Shown here: positions 30,721-41,335 of the stretch, in pieces
How the letters are laid out: every line of letters starts with the position of its first letter
How positions within the stretch are numbered: the first letter of the stretch is position 1
Notes under the pieces: generated by a model
Databases searched by the model: none
The model's input: the letters and a program-made list of their open reading frames with translations, nothing else
What the model was told of the DNA's origin: nothing
Assembly: GCA_027077805.1 (NCBI GenBank)
Contig: JALWTS010000020.1
Location: 33,814 to 97,813, forward strand
DNA length: 64,000 nucleotides
Reading direction: 5' to 3'
Source of the DNA: Gammaproteobacteria bacterium
Lineage (GTDB): Bacteria > Pseudomonadota > Gammaproteobacteria > JABHGC01
Made by a program: the position numbers and the translations under genes

Positions 30721-32493
30721 ATGTGTGGAATTTGTGGTGAACTCAACTTTCAAGCACGACCAAATCTGACAAATCTAAGCCCGATGCTGACAACATTACA
30801 ACGTCGTGGTCCTGATCATGGTGGCAGTTATAGTGATGATTATATTGCCCTAGGTCATAGACGTTTGTCTATTATTGATTTAAGCGACATGGCAAGCCAA
30901 CCCATGATAGACAGTGAATTAGGCTTGGTATTAGTATTTAATGGTACGATTTATAATTACCCCGAATTACGCCAACAATTACAAGCCAAAGGGTATCGTT
31001 TTTTTACGCAGGGGGATAGTGAAGTCATTTTAAAAGCCTATCATGCTTGGCAACAAGATTGTGTCAAATATTTACATGGAATATTTGCCTTTGCCATTTG
31101 GGATAAATGTCAACAATCCTTATTTCTTGCGAGAGATCGCTTAGGTATTAAGCCATTGTATTACAGCCTAGATCAGCAACGCCTACTCTTTGCATCCAAT
31201 ACTCAAGCCTTATTAGCCACAAAACACGTAAATACCGATATTGATCCTGTCGCTTTACATCATCATTTGACTTTACATGCCGTCATCCCCGCACCAAGAA
31301 CTATTTTACAAGGCATTCGTAAATTACCGCCAGCTCACACTTTATTGATTACGGCGAAAGGCAAAACCCAACAACAATGTTATTGGCAATTATCCGCCTG
31401 TCGTCCGCCACAAACAATGACGGCCCAAGATTGGATAATACAAACCCAATTAAGATTACAACAAGCGGTGGATAAACGGCGTATGATCGCCGATGTTCCT
31501 GTTGGAGTATTATTATCAGGTGGCCTAGATTCTAGTTTGCTAGTCGCCCTACTTGCCAAAACAGGCACTGAAAAACTATTGACGTTTTCCATAGGCTTTG
31601 ACGATACAGGGCATGAAAAAGGCAATGAATTTGAATATTCCGATCAAGTTGTCGCTCGTTATGCCACTGAACATCATAAACTTTATATTCCCAATCCACA
31701 AGTCTTAGCCAGATTACCTGAAGCCATTAACGCAATGGCGGAGCCAATGGTAGCTCAAGATGCCGTGGCATTTTATTTATTATCGGAACAAGTATCACAA
31801 TTGGTAAAAGTCGTACAAAGTGGGCAAGGGGCGGATGAAGTCTTTGGTGGCTATTTTTGGTATCCTAAAATGCAACAAAGCCGAGGTCATTATTTACAAC
31901 GTTTTAGCCAACATTATTTTGATAGAGATCATAGTGAATATTTAGCGACTGTTCATGCGAATTATCATGGTGATGATTATACCTCATTGCTAGTGGAACA
32001 GCAGTTAAATCAAGCCAATGCCGATGAGTTTTTAGATCAAGTATTACGCTTTGATGTTACGACATTAATTACCGATGACCCTGTAAAACGAGTGGATAAT
32101 ATGACGATGGCTTGGGGATTAGAAGCCAGAGTCCCCTTTTTAGATCATCATTTAGTGGAACTTGCCATGCAAATGCCACCCGAATTAAAATTACAACGTT
32201 CAGGCAAAGCCATACTTAAAGCCATTGCGGATCCATTGTTACCTAATACGGTCATTGATCGCCCTAAAGGCTATTTTCCTATGCCTGCCTTAAAATATGT
32301 GCGTGGTGAATTTTTAAACTGGATGCGATCCATACTTACCTCTACGTCTTGTCAACAACGACAGTTGTTTCAACCCGATTATATCAATAAATTACTGGCA
32401 CAACCCGACGCATATTTTACTCGCATTCAAGGGAATAAACTTTGGCATTTGGCATTGTTAGAGGCTTGGTTGCAACAACATGACATTCGTTAA
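30721..32493 (+). CDS. asnB: Asparagine synthetase (glutamine-hydrolysing) family amidotransferase
   Basis: N-terminal Ntn nucleophile MCGICG; synthetase PP-loop SGGLDSS; 590 aa. Confidence 0.8.
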   Translation: MCGICGELNFQARPNLTNLSPMLTTLQRRGPDHGGSYSDDYIALGHRRLSIIDLSDMASQPMIDSELGLVLVFNGTIYNYPELRQQLQAKGYRFFTQGDSEVILKAYHAWQQDCVKYLHGIFAFAIWDKCQQSLFLARDRLGIKPLYYSLDQQRLLFASNTQALLATKHVNTDIDPVALHHHLTLHAVIPAPRTILQGIRKLPPAHTLLITAKGKTQQQCYWQLSACRPPQTMTAQDWIIQTQLRLQQAVDKRRMIADVPVGVLLSGGLDSSLLVALLAKTGTEKLLTFSIGFDDTGHEKGNEFEYSDQVVARYATEHHKLYIPNPQVLARLPEAINAMAEPMVAQDAVAFYLLSEQVSQLVKVVQSGQGADEVFGGYFWYPKMQQSRGHYLQRFSQHYFDRDHSEYLATVHANYHGDDYTSLLVEQQLNQANADEFLDQVLRFDVTTLITDDPVKRVDNMTMAWGLEARVPFLDHHLVELAMQMPPELKLQRSGKAILKAIADPLLPNTVIDRPKGYFPMPALKYVRGEFLNWMRSILTSTSCQQRQLFQPDYINKLLAQPDAYFTRIQGNKLWHLALLEAWLQQHDIR

Positions 32494-32592
32494 ACACTTA
32501 AACTTTTCAATCTTTATTTTATAACTAAAACCTGTTAAAACTTTATAAACTTGTAAACTTATCACATTTTAAGATAATAATAGGAGCAAAAA

Positions 32593-32913
32593 ATGGATGT
32601 TTTAGAGCGTATTGATCAGGCAGTAAAATCTAGCCCAGTGGTGATTTTTATGAAAGGTTCGCCTGATTTTCCACAATGTGGGTTTTCAGCCAGAGCAGCG
32701 GCAGCCCTCAAAGCGTGTAATATTGAATTTGGCTATGTCAATGTATTAGAAGACCCTGAAATCTTTCAAAATCTTCCTCGTTATGCTAACTGGCCAACCT
32801 TTCCACAAATTTACATCGATGGCGAATTAATTGGTGGTCATGATATTACCATTGAACTTTATGAGAAAGGCGAATTACAACAAATGACTCATGCCGCAGT
32901 CAATCAATCTTGA
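32593..32913 (+). CDS. grxD: Monothiol glutaredoxin Grx4 family
   Basis: CGFS active site (PQCGFS), 106 aa. Confidence 0.9.
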   Translation: MDVLERIDQAVKSSPVVIFMKGSPDFPQCGFSARAAAALKACNIEFGYVNVLEDPEIFQNLPRYANWPTFPQIYIDGELIGGHDITIELYEKGELQQMTHAAVNQS

Positions 32914-33638
32914 TGATTAGGTTCCGATTCAGATTCTGACGTTGACTCTGGTTTTTTCGATTCTGCTATGTCCTTGGACTTTTCCTTATGATAAGGAAAA
33001 CGAAAAGGACGTAAATGTTGCCAATAATTGACCATACGGCAGAATAACTCCGCCGTCTGTTTTGCGTCATATAAAGCGGAATGAGCCTCCTCATCATCCC
33101 AAGTCATACCTGATGCCCTTGCGGCTCTCGCTAATACCGTTTGACCATAGACTAAACCACCTAAGGTTGCCGTATCAAAGGTCGTAAATTGATGAAATGG
33201 CGATTTATTAATTTTATTACGAGCAACAGCTGCTTGCAAAAACCCTAGATCAAAAAATGGATTATGACCCACTAATATTGCCCGTGAACAATGCGATTGT
33301 TTTACTGCTTGCCAAATGGATTGAAATATTGATTCTAATGCCTGTTTTTCTGTTTTCGCAAAACGAAACGGATGAAACGGATCAATTTTATTAAAAGCCA
33401 ATGCCGCCGCATCTAAATTCGCCCCCTCAAAAGGCTCTACATGAGCATGATAGGTTTGATAAGGATGGATTAAATTTTTTTCATCCAGAATTACTGACAC
33501 GACGGCAATTTCCAATAAAGCATCCGTTTTTGGATTAAAGCCAGCGGTTTCTACATCAACAATAATCGGCAAATAGCCACGGAAACGCCCAGAAATTTTG
33601 GGATTGTATTTAAGATCTGTCATAAAAACCCTTATCAA
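32904..33638 (-). CDS. rnt: Ribonuclease T (DEDDh 3'-5' exonuclease)
   Basis: Exo motifs (VDVETAGFN, HNPFFDLGFL, HSALYDA) and a C-terminal acidic tail; ~215-aa core. Confidence 0.85.
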   Translation of the reverse strand: MIRVFMTDLKYNPKISGRFRGYLPIIVDVETAGFNPKTDALLEIAVVSVILDEKNLIHPYQTYHAHVEPFEGANLDAAALAFNKIDPFHPFRFAKTEKQALESIFQSIWQAVKQSHCSRAILVGHNPFFDLGFLQAAVARNKINKSPFHQFTTFDTATLGGLVYGQTVLARAARASGMTWDDEEAHSALYDAKQTAELFCRMVNYWQHLRPFRFPYHKEKSKDIAESKKPESTSESESEPNHQD

Positions 33639-33691
33639 AACAGTAAAATTATGCTAATTTTAGCAACAAATAATAAAAAGGAACTGAGCAA

Positions 33692-34441
33692 ATGAAACCA
33701 TTATATATTTTAATCAGTGTAGTTATTCTAGCAGGTTGCTCTAATAGTATCGACCCTTGGGAAAGTTATAATCGAGTCATATATGATACGAATGATAAAA
33801 CAGACAAAGCAGTACTCAAACCCATTGCTGAAACGTATCGAGATTATACGCATCACTCTATACAATCCGGTATTTCTAATTTTTATAATAATATTGATGA
33901 TGTTGCCGTTGCTATGAATGACGTATTACAAGCAGAAGTAAAACGAGCAAGTACAGATATAACTCGAATTTTATTAAACTCTACGATAGGTATTTTTGGC
34001 CTTAGGGATATTGCCGGTGAGCTTGGTTATGAAAAAAATAACGAAGATTTTGGTCAAACCTTAGCGGTTTGGGGCGTTAGCAGCGGTCCTTATTTTGTCC
34101 TACCATTATTCGGTCCGAGTACCGTTAGGGACACAACAGGCATCATAGTCGATAGCTTTTTAGACCCATTATATTATATTGAAGATGATGGGGTACGTTA
34201 TGGCTTATTAGCTCTAAAAGTCCTAAATTTAAGAACCAAATTATTATCCACTAGCTCTACTTTAGAAATTGCTGCCTTAGACCCTTATGAATTTACTAGA
34301 GATGCTTATCTACAACGCCGTGCTTATCTCATTAGCAATGGTAAAGATATGCCAGAAGAAGATAATGCAGACGATTTTGACGATGATTTAGATATGGATG
34401 ACCTAGAAGAAGAACCTTTAGAACCAACTCCTGCGAACTAA
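33692..34441 (+). CDS. mlaA: MlaA/VacJ outer-membrane lipoprotein
   Basis: Lipobox LAGCS, VacJ family conserved regions (DPWE.YNR, PLFGPSTVRD) and an acidic C-terminus. Confidence 0.85.
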   Translation: MKPLYILISVVILAGCSNSIDPWESYNRVIYDTNDKTDKAVLKPIAETYRDYTHHSIQSGISNFYNNIDDVAVAMNDVLQAEVKRASTDITRILLNSTIGIFGLRDIAGELGYEKNNEDFGQTLAVWGVSSGPYFVLPLFGPSTVRDTTGIIVDSFLDPLYYIEDDGVRYGLLALKVLNLRTKLLSTSSTLEIAALDPYEFTRDAYLQRRAYLISNGKDMPEEDNADDFDDDLDMDDLEEEPLEPTPAN

Positions 34442-34457
34442 TCGAGTTAAACAAGCA

Positions 34458-34482
34458 AAGCTTAATTAAACAATTAAGCTTT
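34458..34482. terminator. Weak AT-rich hairpin between convergent mlaA and pilE genes
   Basis: AAGCTTAATT-aaac-AATTAAGCTT perfect palindrome; weak U-tract. Confidence 0.3.
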
Positions 34483-34492
34483 GGCTTAGCAA

Positions 34493-34972
34493 CTACCAAC
34501 AGACTTCCGCAGGATCACCTAATCCTACTTTACTAAGCTTGGCACCTTTCTTATTTTGACTCGCATCCGTTGTATAAGATAACTGTGTACAAACATCATG
34601 GGTTTGATCCGTACCTGCTCTTGGCGTTGCCGTAATGGTATAAAACTGTGGTGGATTGACATTCACTGCTAAATTAATATTATAAAAACCATTTTCTGTG
34701 CGAATCCCCGAACTATCGACACATAAGCCACTATTTCCTGAGCAATTAGGGTAACCCAGTTCATTACCATTTGTAGTATAACGCTTGTTATCCAAAAAAT
34801 ACTGTTCTTGCAAATTAGCAATTTTCAACATTTCCGAAATCGCATCACTACGCCGACTTTTTCTGACTTGATCCAAATAAAGAGGATAAGCGATTCCAGC
34901 TAATAGTCCGATAATCATAATTACCATTAATAACTCAATTAAGGTAAAACCCGACAACTTTTTACTTTTCAT
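34493..34972 (-). CDS. pilE: Type IV pilin (PilE-like), cluster 2
   Basis: Class III signal and prepilin-peptidase site KKLSG|FTLIELLMVIMIIGLLAGIA; 159 aa; last gene of the minor-pilin operon. Confidence 0.8.
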   Translation of the reverse strand: MKSKKLSGFTLIELLMVIMIIGLLAGIAYPLYLDQVRKSRRSDAISEMLKIANLQEQYFLDNKRYTTNGNELGYPNCSGNSGLCVDSSGIRTENGFYNINLAVNVNPPQFYTITATPRAGTDQTHDVCTQLSYTTDASQNKKGAKLSKVGLGDPAEVCW

Positions 34973-35045
34973 GGACTGGCTCCAAAATCAAAGAGACATA
35001 GCATGAGCATGGTATGAACAACTCTCTATGTCTCTTACCATTATA

Positions 35046-37946
35046 TTATTCTTGATGATACCAAAATAACATTTCAGGGTCTTCATCAAATAAAGCACTT
35101 TCAGGCTTACCATCCCCATCATTGTCTTTTTTCAACTCTAAAGTGCCTTCTTGAGTTACTAATCGAGTTTGTTGCTTGCCATTTTCTTCATAATGTTGAA
35201 ACGTCAACTCACCAGGCAAACCCTCTGAGGTATAATCACGACGGCGATCTTCTTTCTCTTCTTTGACAGCAGAGCCATTCCAATAATCAAACGCGGCAGT
35301 TGCATCTTGTAAACTTATCGCATAAAGATGCGAGTAACCATAACCTGATTCATCACAAGTATCCACTTTTGCATCTTTATCTGGTGGCACATAAGTGGTA
35401 AAAAACACGACACCTGCTAAGGTAACCGCTCGATTCCAGAATTTTTCCCCCTTATCTTCTAAATCAATGTACCAACCTTTGCTATTTTTCACTTTGTTAA
35501 TTTCACTTTGTTTAGTAGTCTGGTTATTGCTTAAACCAATAATATTGCTGGTTGCATCATAAAGATCCGATTCTTTTAATGGATAAGGTGCCGTTTTTGA
35601 ATTAAATTGCTGGGTAATGGTGTTTTTATCTTTCAACATATAAAAACGATTTTGAGTATCCATTTTTGTTGCCCCCACATGATCACCTGTACCAATTAAC
35701 AATATATCCGTTTTTTTACCATGAACATAAGTCCTAACTAAATCAATTCTATTAAAAATTCGTCTATCATCGGCCATACTACTATTATCACCAAGACTTG
35801 CAAACTTAAATACTGAACGCTTAACACCACTCACCAGACCACTCGCATTATAAGTTGTTTCCAAATCAACCCGCCAGATATTCGCACCAGTATCACCAAC
35901 ATAAAGTCTATCAGTAACACCATCACCATCACTATCTAAAGTGGTTACTTCAGCAGGAATGCTATCTTTCATATCCCCACCTTTAATAGATTCACCTGCT
36001 TTGACTTGCCATAACAAATTGCCTGTTATTAAATCAACCGCATAAATCCCCATGCCAACTTTGTCATCTGTCCCTACAGCGTTCTCAGTATCTTTATTCT
36101 CATCATACCCACCTGCAAATACCACCGCAAGTTTCACTTGACCAGCACTGTTATACAACTTAGTAATCACGGGTATTGACCAACTTTGTCCCATACCTTT
36201 GTAAGTATTCGCCCATAATAATTTAGGATTATCGCGTTTGTTCCCACTTAAATCTAAGGCATAATAATGTTGACCACCGCGTCTTAAGCCAAAGACGGCA
36301 TAACTTCGATCAGAGCTATCTAAATAATCATCATCACCATTACAACCATCCGTAGGATCACCATTAGTATCACTACACATCATGACTGTAACTTTGCCAT
36401 CCACCCCATCAGGATGTTCCTCTTTTTCCTTATTATTTAATTTATCTAAAATATCGGCAAATTCTATAGATAATTCTGCTCGTCTTTTCGCAGTAATCAC
36501 TCCAGTACTTTGTAATAAGTTTAAAAAAGTATCCACATTTGCTTGGGTAAAAACATGACCATATTGGGTTAAAAACTCAATCACTTCAGGTGATAAACCA
36601 TTAGTAATTGGCAAGGTACTTTGATACATAGGATCATGAATTGCGGCGAGTTCTTTGGGTCCAAAGGCCCATTTTTCCCGCCCATTATTACCATCAAACA
36701 TATGTAAAAACCCTGAATTAGTGCCTGCTAAAATGCGTAATTCTGGATTCGTACAAGTCATACCCGAACAACCGTAATTTAAAACAATGGGTTTAGAATG
36801 AAAAATATCACCAATAATCCATTCTCTATCTTTGCCTAAGGCCCAATCTGCAACACTTGGATCAAGCCCCATTGTTGAAGCCGTAAAAGGCGTTAGATTG
36901 CCATTGACATTCGTATATACCCTACGACTGGTATAACCTTTATTTAAGACTTGATCTTGTAATACCGCACCGACACCACATTTATCAACACCATTACAGT
37001 TTTTATTATTATGTATATCCCAATAAGTACTAGCTGTATCTTTTAACTTATGGCTAGTAGGATCGATCACATCTTGATTATTTTTACCACGTAATTCACC
37101 CGTAGTTGGATCAATTTTTACTTTTTTAATATTACCACGCCAAACGGGTTTACTTGAAGCAGCAAACTCACCCATAAACGCCCAATCCAAATGAGTTGTT
37201 GCATTACTGGTGCTGGCTGAAAGACTTGGTGTCGTCACCGAAGCAGTTTTAAATTTGATTTGATCTAAAATTTCCTGAAACTTGTCTTGCAAGTTACCTT
37301 GACTCGCTTGTAAATAAAAACCACCGCCATTTTTAGCAGTATTTCTTAGTAAGGCTAAATCAATATTTAAACCAACCGTATGAGTCATTACTTTAGGATA
37401 CCCTGATTTATTTTTACTAAAGTTATTGTACATATCATAAGCAGTATTGGTACAAGCCGTAGAACAATTACCGCTATTACAATAACCATCCGACATTAAT
37501 ACAATATGAGCTACCTCACAATCTTCCAAAGGAATTTTAGGCGGATATACCCCCTTAAAATAATCAACAGCGACTTTATAAGTATCACACAAAGGAGTCC
37601 CGCCACCTGTTTGAATATTATTGACGGCATTCTTAACGGATTCATGCAAAGTGGTTACCCGTCTTACTAAGCGCCCATAAGCACCCACAGGATTAACCGC
37701 ATAAGCATTATTATTATGCATTTGCACCACACCATATAACACATCGATATTATTATCAATAATACCTAAAATAGCATTTTTTGTGGTGGCAATGCGACTA
37801 CCACGCATACTCCCTGAATTATCAATTACAAACATTAATTTAGGATCATAAGACCCAAATTCATAAATATCCACATCATCTGCACTCACTTTAAACGTTG
37901 TGATAGAGAACAACAACGTCATTATAAATAAATAATACTTATTCAT
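35046..37946 (-). CDS. pilY1: PilY1-like type IV pilus tip adhesin (966 aa) with N-terminal vWA domain, cluster 2
   Basis: Signal peptide; MIDAS motif VIDNSGSMRG; C-terminal PilY1 domain with EF-hand-like loop DSDGDGVTD followed by RLYVGDTGANIWRVDL (PilY1 signature YxGDxxGNxWxxDL). Confidence 0.85.
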   Translation of the reverse strand: MNKYYLFIMTLLFSITTFKVSADDVDIYEFGSYDPKLMFVIDNSGSMRGSRIATTKNAILGIIDNNIDVLYGVVQMHNNNAYAVNPVGAYGRLVRRVTTLHESVKNAVNNIQTGGGTPLCDTYKVAVDYFKGVYPPKIPLEDCEVAHIVLMSDGYCNSGNCSTACTNTAYDMYNNFSKNKSGYPKVMTHTVGLNIDLALLRNTAKNGGGFYLQASQGNLQDKFQEILDQIKFKTASVTTPSLSASTSNATTHLDWAFMGEFAASSKPVWRGNIKKVKIDPTTGELRGKNNQDVIDPTSHKLKDTASTYWDIHNNKNCNGVDKCGVGAVLQDQVLNKGYTSRRVYTNVNGNLTPFTASTMGLDPSVADWALGKDREWIIGDIFHSKPIVLNYGCSGMTCTNPELRILAGTNSGFLHMFDGNNGREKWAFGPKELAAIHDPMYQSTLPITNGLSPEVIEFLTQYGHVFTQANVDTFLNLLQSTGVITAKRRAELSIEFADILDKLNNKEKEEHPDGVDGKVTVMMCSDTNGDPTDGCNGDDDYLDSSDRSYAVFGLRRGGQHYYALDLSGNKRDNPKLLWANTYKGMGQSWSIPVITKLYNSAGQVKLAVVFAGGYDENKDTENAVGTDDKVGMGIYAVDLITGNLLWQVKAGESIKGGDMKDSIPAEVTTLDSDGDGVTDRLYVGDTGANIWRVDLETTYNASGLVSGVKRSVFKFASLGDNSSMADDRRIFNRIDLVRTYVHGKKTDILLIGTGDHVGATKMDTQNRFYMLKDKNTITQQFNSKTAPYPLKESDLYDATSNIIGLSNNQTTKQSEINKVKNSKGWYIDLEDKGEKFWNRAVTLAGVVFFTTYVPPDKDAKVDTCDESGYGYSHLYAISLQDATAAFDYWNGSAVKEEKEDRRRDYTSEGLPGELTFQHYEENGKQQTRLVTQEGTLELKKDNDGDGKPESALFDEDPEMLFWYHQE

Positions 37947-37984
37947 TTTTATTACCTCACTTACCTATTTTCACTGAAATTGGA

Positions 37985-38530
37985 TTATTTTGCCTTAGCA
38001 ATATTAGTTGACACCCCATGCTTTAATCTTGTTTCTGCGCCTGTTGATGCTAATCTATGCACGCTGGTAATTTCAAAAATCTCAAAAAATACCTGATCGG
38101 TACTACTTCCTGCCCTAGAAAAACAAGATGAACATTCTATTTGACGATTTTCAGGAGGAAATCTCACCATAGTAGTTACTTCCCCCTCCAAAGTCGCGTC
38201 ATCTTCAATGGTACTAATAGGATTAGAACCAAATTTAGATAAACCATCAATACACCAATCACTGGGATCAGGTGCTAATGAAAGGGGGCAATTCGTATTA
38301 TTGATAAACCAACGATCTTGCAAAGCATCTTCACTGCTTCCAGGTTTCGCACTTAACAAAGCATCAATCCCACTTTGGGCTTTTTGTACGGATGCCACGG
38401 ATTCTTGAATATTACCTGAAATGGTCAATTGCATGACACTTGTTGACAAACTCGAAACACCAAGCAAGGTCAATACAATCAAAATTACCAAAGTTACAAC
38501 TAATGCCGAGCCTGTTTGTTTGTTATTCAT
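37985..38530 (-). CDS. pilX: Minor pilin PilX, cluster 2
   Basis: N-terminus TGSALVVTLVILIVLTLLGVSS typical of PilX; position between pilW and pilY1. Confidence 0.7.
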   Translation of the reverse strand: MNNKQTGSALVVTLVILIVLTLLGVSSLSTSVMQLTISGNIQESVASVQKAQSGIDALLSAKPGSSEDALQDRWFINNTNCPLSLAPDPSDWCIDGLSKFGSNPISTIEDDATLEGEVTTMVRFPPENRQIECSSCFSRAGSSTDQVFFEIFEITSVHRLASTGAETRLKHGVSTNIAKAK

Positions 38531-38542
38531 CCTAATATTCCT

Positions 38543-39490
38543 TTAAAATTGACGATTTTTCAGATTAACCGTGGTAGTAATCAATAATCGCCGAAAACTA
38601 TCGGCTGTCGTAGTCGGACAAGACGAGGTACATTTCGCAATTTGATTATTACAAAAACAACGCCCCCCCAGATTATAAAGTTTAAGATTAAACACACCCG
38701 TGTTCGCATTATTGCTTATAGTAAAATCAGGTTCAATCGAACGCACTAAAAAATAAACTTTAGCAATGACAACATTCACCCAATTGCCAACGCCACTGGG
38801 TTCTTTATACTCATCAGGACGACCATCGGCATTTGTATCCAAACCTAACATGACTCGCATTTGTTCTACCCCTTCCGAAATTTCTTCCGCTTTACGATCC
38901 TGAGTCCATCGCATTAATGCGGGTAGATTAACCCCATTAACAGTTCTAACATTCGGATCAATATAATAAACATAGGCGTGATAATCTCTAATATCTTTAG
39001 ACCAACCGCTTTGTTTTTGACCTGATTTTAGAAAATTACCCTGAACAAAATCCGTTTCTAATCGGACTTGACTCTTATCAGTTGATTGATAACCACTCAA
39101 GGCTTTTACCACTAAAATATCACTATTGATTTGAACATCCGATAAACATGTCAACATCTTGCTACTATTAGCAGTTGTTGCCCAAATAGTATTAACTAAA
39201 CTATTAGAATTCGCATCACCATCACAACCATTATTAGGCAAAAACCCCACATTACGAAAACTATTCGCTAAGGTTTCACCCCAAAAATCCACCATTTGTA
39301 GCTCATCTTCAATGACTTGCACCGCATAGCGAGCATTATCCTGCATAACAGCATATTGTTCTGATTGCTCATAAGCACGCTTGTTACTCAATAAAACACT
39401 AATGGCCGCCGCTGATAAAATCAGTCCAATGACTAAAGAAATCATTAACTCTAGTAATGAAAAACCTCGTTGCAATCTTAGAATTTTCAT
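38543..39490 (-). CDS. pilW: Minor pilin PilW, cluster 2
   Basis: Prepilin N-terminus RGFSLLELMISLVIGLILSAAA, 315 aa; operon position. Confidence 0.75.
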   Translation of the reverse strand: MKILRLQRGFSLLELMISLVIGLILSAAAISVLLSNKRAYEQSEQYAVMQDNARYAVQVIEDELQMVDFWGETLANSFRNVGFLPNNGCDGDANSNSLVNTIWATTANSSKMLTCLSDVQINSDILVVKALSGYQSTDKSQVRLETDFVQGNFLKSGQKQSGWSKDIRDYHAYVYYIDPNVRTVNGVNLPALMRWTQDRKAEEISEGVEQMRVMLGLDTNADGRPDEYKEPSGVGNWVNVVIAKVYFLVRSIEPDFTISNNANTGVFNLKLYNLGGRCFCNNQIAKCTSSCPTTTADSFRRLLITTTVNLKNRQF

Positions 39491-39511
39491 GATGTGATTC
39501 CTTACTGATCT

Positions 39512-40060
39512 CTAATTCGGGTTAATAAAACCCGAGACAATTAATTGGCGATTATATTGATTACCACCCGCAACAACACACGCTGGATCATTGACACTAG
39601 AATTTAAGGGCAAAATTCCTTGCCAAGCTAAGGTAATATTGACAAGACCACTGGCATTTGGCGTAATACATAGTCTTGGTGTTAATAATCCGCCAACTTG
39701 ACTTAAACTACCTGTCCCTTCTCGTTCTAACAAACCTTGTAAAGCAACTTTAATATCACATAAATCTCTTAAAGATTGCTTACTCTGCGTGCAATTACCA
39801 TCATTAGGTGGAGTAATCCCATCAAATGCCGCAGTAGTATACTCCATTAATGCCGTAGGATTGCTACGCATGCGTTCAAGAATATCATTCACATAAAATG
39901 CGGCTTGGCTACGTTGCCATGCCTCTAAATCATTACGTTTTGCTGAAGCCTGCATTCCTGCCATACCTAACAGACCTACCGCTAAAATCACTAAGGCAAC
40001 TAATACTTCTAATAAGCCAACCCCTTGTTGTTTAGATCGACATGATTTATTTAGGAACAT
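39512..40060 (-). CDS. pilV: Minor pilin PilV, cluster 2
   Basis: N-terminus QQGVGLLEVLVALVILAVGLLGM is the PilV hallmark; 182 aa. Confidence 0.8.
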   Translation of the reverse strand: MFLNKSCRSKQQGVGLLEVLVALVILAVGLLGMAGMQASAKRNDLEAWQRSQAAFYVNDILERMRSNPTALMEYTTAAFDGITPPNDGNCTQSKQSLRDLCDIKVALQGLLEREGTGSLSQVGGLLTPRLCITPNASGLVNITLAWQGILPLNSSVNDPACVVAGGNQYNRQLIVSGFINPN

Positions 40061-40611
40061 TGTCGTTCACCTCCACCATCTTGCTTAGGGTCACTGCTTT
40101 TTACTCGACCTGATGCCGCAATACTAATTTTTCGACCACCTTTTGCTTTTAATTGCTTATCACAAATTAAAAAGTAAATGCCAGCCACACCACCTGTGTA
40201 TTCTACATCACCTCGACGTTTATAGCTAATATTACCTTTATAAGCAGAGCCACTACCAGAAACATAAGCATTAATTTCTATATCGGAGCTTATATTTTCT
40301 ACTTTTTTTAATACGGTTGCATTTAGCATGACTAACCAACCATCAGCACCATGCCACTGATTCCCTGACGTCTTACAAGTGTTACTACCTGAATTTTTAC
40401 AAAGGGTTAAACGTCTCCCACGTTTAATGGCCTCACTTCTTGCAAAATTTAAACTTTCCATCATTTCATTAGCATAACTACGAATTCGACTATTACGAAT
40501 CGCAGTTTGAAAAGTTGGTGCGGCAATCGAAGCAAGAATAGTAATAATCACTAATACCACCAACAGTTCAATTAAACTAAATCCCAAAACTTTTTTATTT
40601 AACTTCATCAT
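40051..40611 (-). CDS. fimT: Minor pilin FimT/FimU (GspH family), cluster 2
   Basis: Prepilin N-terminus KKVLG|FSLIELLVVLVIITILASIAAP, GspH-like body; first gene of the operon. Confidence 0.75.
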   Translation of the reverse strand: MMKLNKKVLGFSLIELLVVLVIITILASIAAPTFQTAIRNSRIRSYANEMMESLNFARSEAIKRGRRLTLCKNSGSNTCKTSGNQWHGADGWLVMLNATVLKKVENISSDIEINAYVSGSGSAYKGNISYKRRGDVEYTGGVAGIYFLICDKQLKAKGGRKISIAASGRVKSSDPKQDGGGERQCS

Positions 40612-40794
40612 AATACCTTTATAGCACTGGCCTTAACATATTGCATCTTATACAGGATAATCTGCCATAAATTACAGATAATTGGTTTTAGACTACTGCT
40701 AATAACACTAGCAAGTTTAGCTTAAAATTGGGAAGTTATAAGTAATAATAACCAAATGTTTGAACATCTAGTGCTAAAATAAAAGATAAAAAGA

Positions 40795-40833
40795 CGAAAA
40801 CGCCATAGCGGTAAAACTGTCGCTATGGCGTTT
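40795..40833 (-). terminator. Rho-independent terminator ending minor-pilin cluster 1
   Basis: AAACGCCATAGCG-gtaaaactgt-CGCTATGGCGTTT; on the minus strand it is followed by TTTTCGTCTTTTTATCTTTT. Confidence 0.6.
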
Positions 40834-40914
40834 ACAAGAAAGTATTATTTTTATTCCGTTCATTCATAGTGCGTTTTGCAATATTTTAATCACAGCCATC
40901 AAACTATCATAAAA

Positions 40915-41334
40915 CTATCCCCCCCAGCATTTCTCATCCCCTGTGCTACTACCTTTAACACCCGTATGAGTTAAAGTTAAACTACCACAGTCCTCATCTT
41001 TATGCGTACCGGAATTTGGGGTTGCTATCAAGGTATAAGACGAATCTGTTTGATTACTGATAGATAAATTATAATAACCGTCAGGATACGTTAAAGTAGA
41101 AGGTAATAAGGTACTGGTATTATTGCCTGCAATATTCGCCCCTTCATAGGTCCTATTTTCCGAATAAAAACGCTCCATACGAGTTGATAAATCCAGTAAT
41201 GCCGCTTGTCCTTCTGACCTTTTTGCTTTTGCCATTTGACTCACATAAGCAGGAAACGCTACCCCTGCCAAAATACCGACAATTGCCACTGTCATCATCA
41301 ATTCAATTAGACTAAACCCTTGCCTTGGTTTCAT
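40915..41334 (-). CDS. pilE: Type IV pilin (PilE-like), cluster 1
   Basis: Prepilin N-terminus KPRQG|FSLIELMMTVAIVGILAGVAFPAY; 139 aa. Confidence 0.8.
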   Translation of the reverse strand: MKPRQGFSLIELMMTVAIVGILAGVAFPAYVSQMAKAKRSEGQAALLDLSTRMERFYSENRTYEGANIAGNNTSTLLPSTLTYPDGYYNLSISNQTDSSYTLIATPNSGTHKDEDCGSLTLTHTGVKGSSTGDEKCWGG

Positions 41335-41335
41335 T

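Noticed and set aside
40612-40794. Looked for a sigma-54 (-24 GG / -12 GC) promoter upstream of minor-pilin cluster 2
   Set aside because: No TGGCAC-N5-TTGC-like element found by eye on the minus strand. The promoter type remains unknown.
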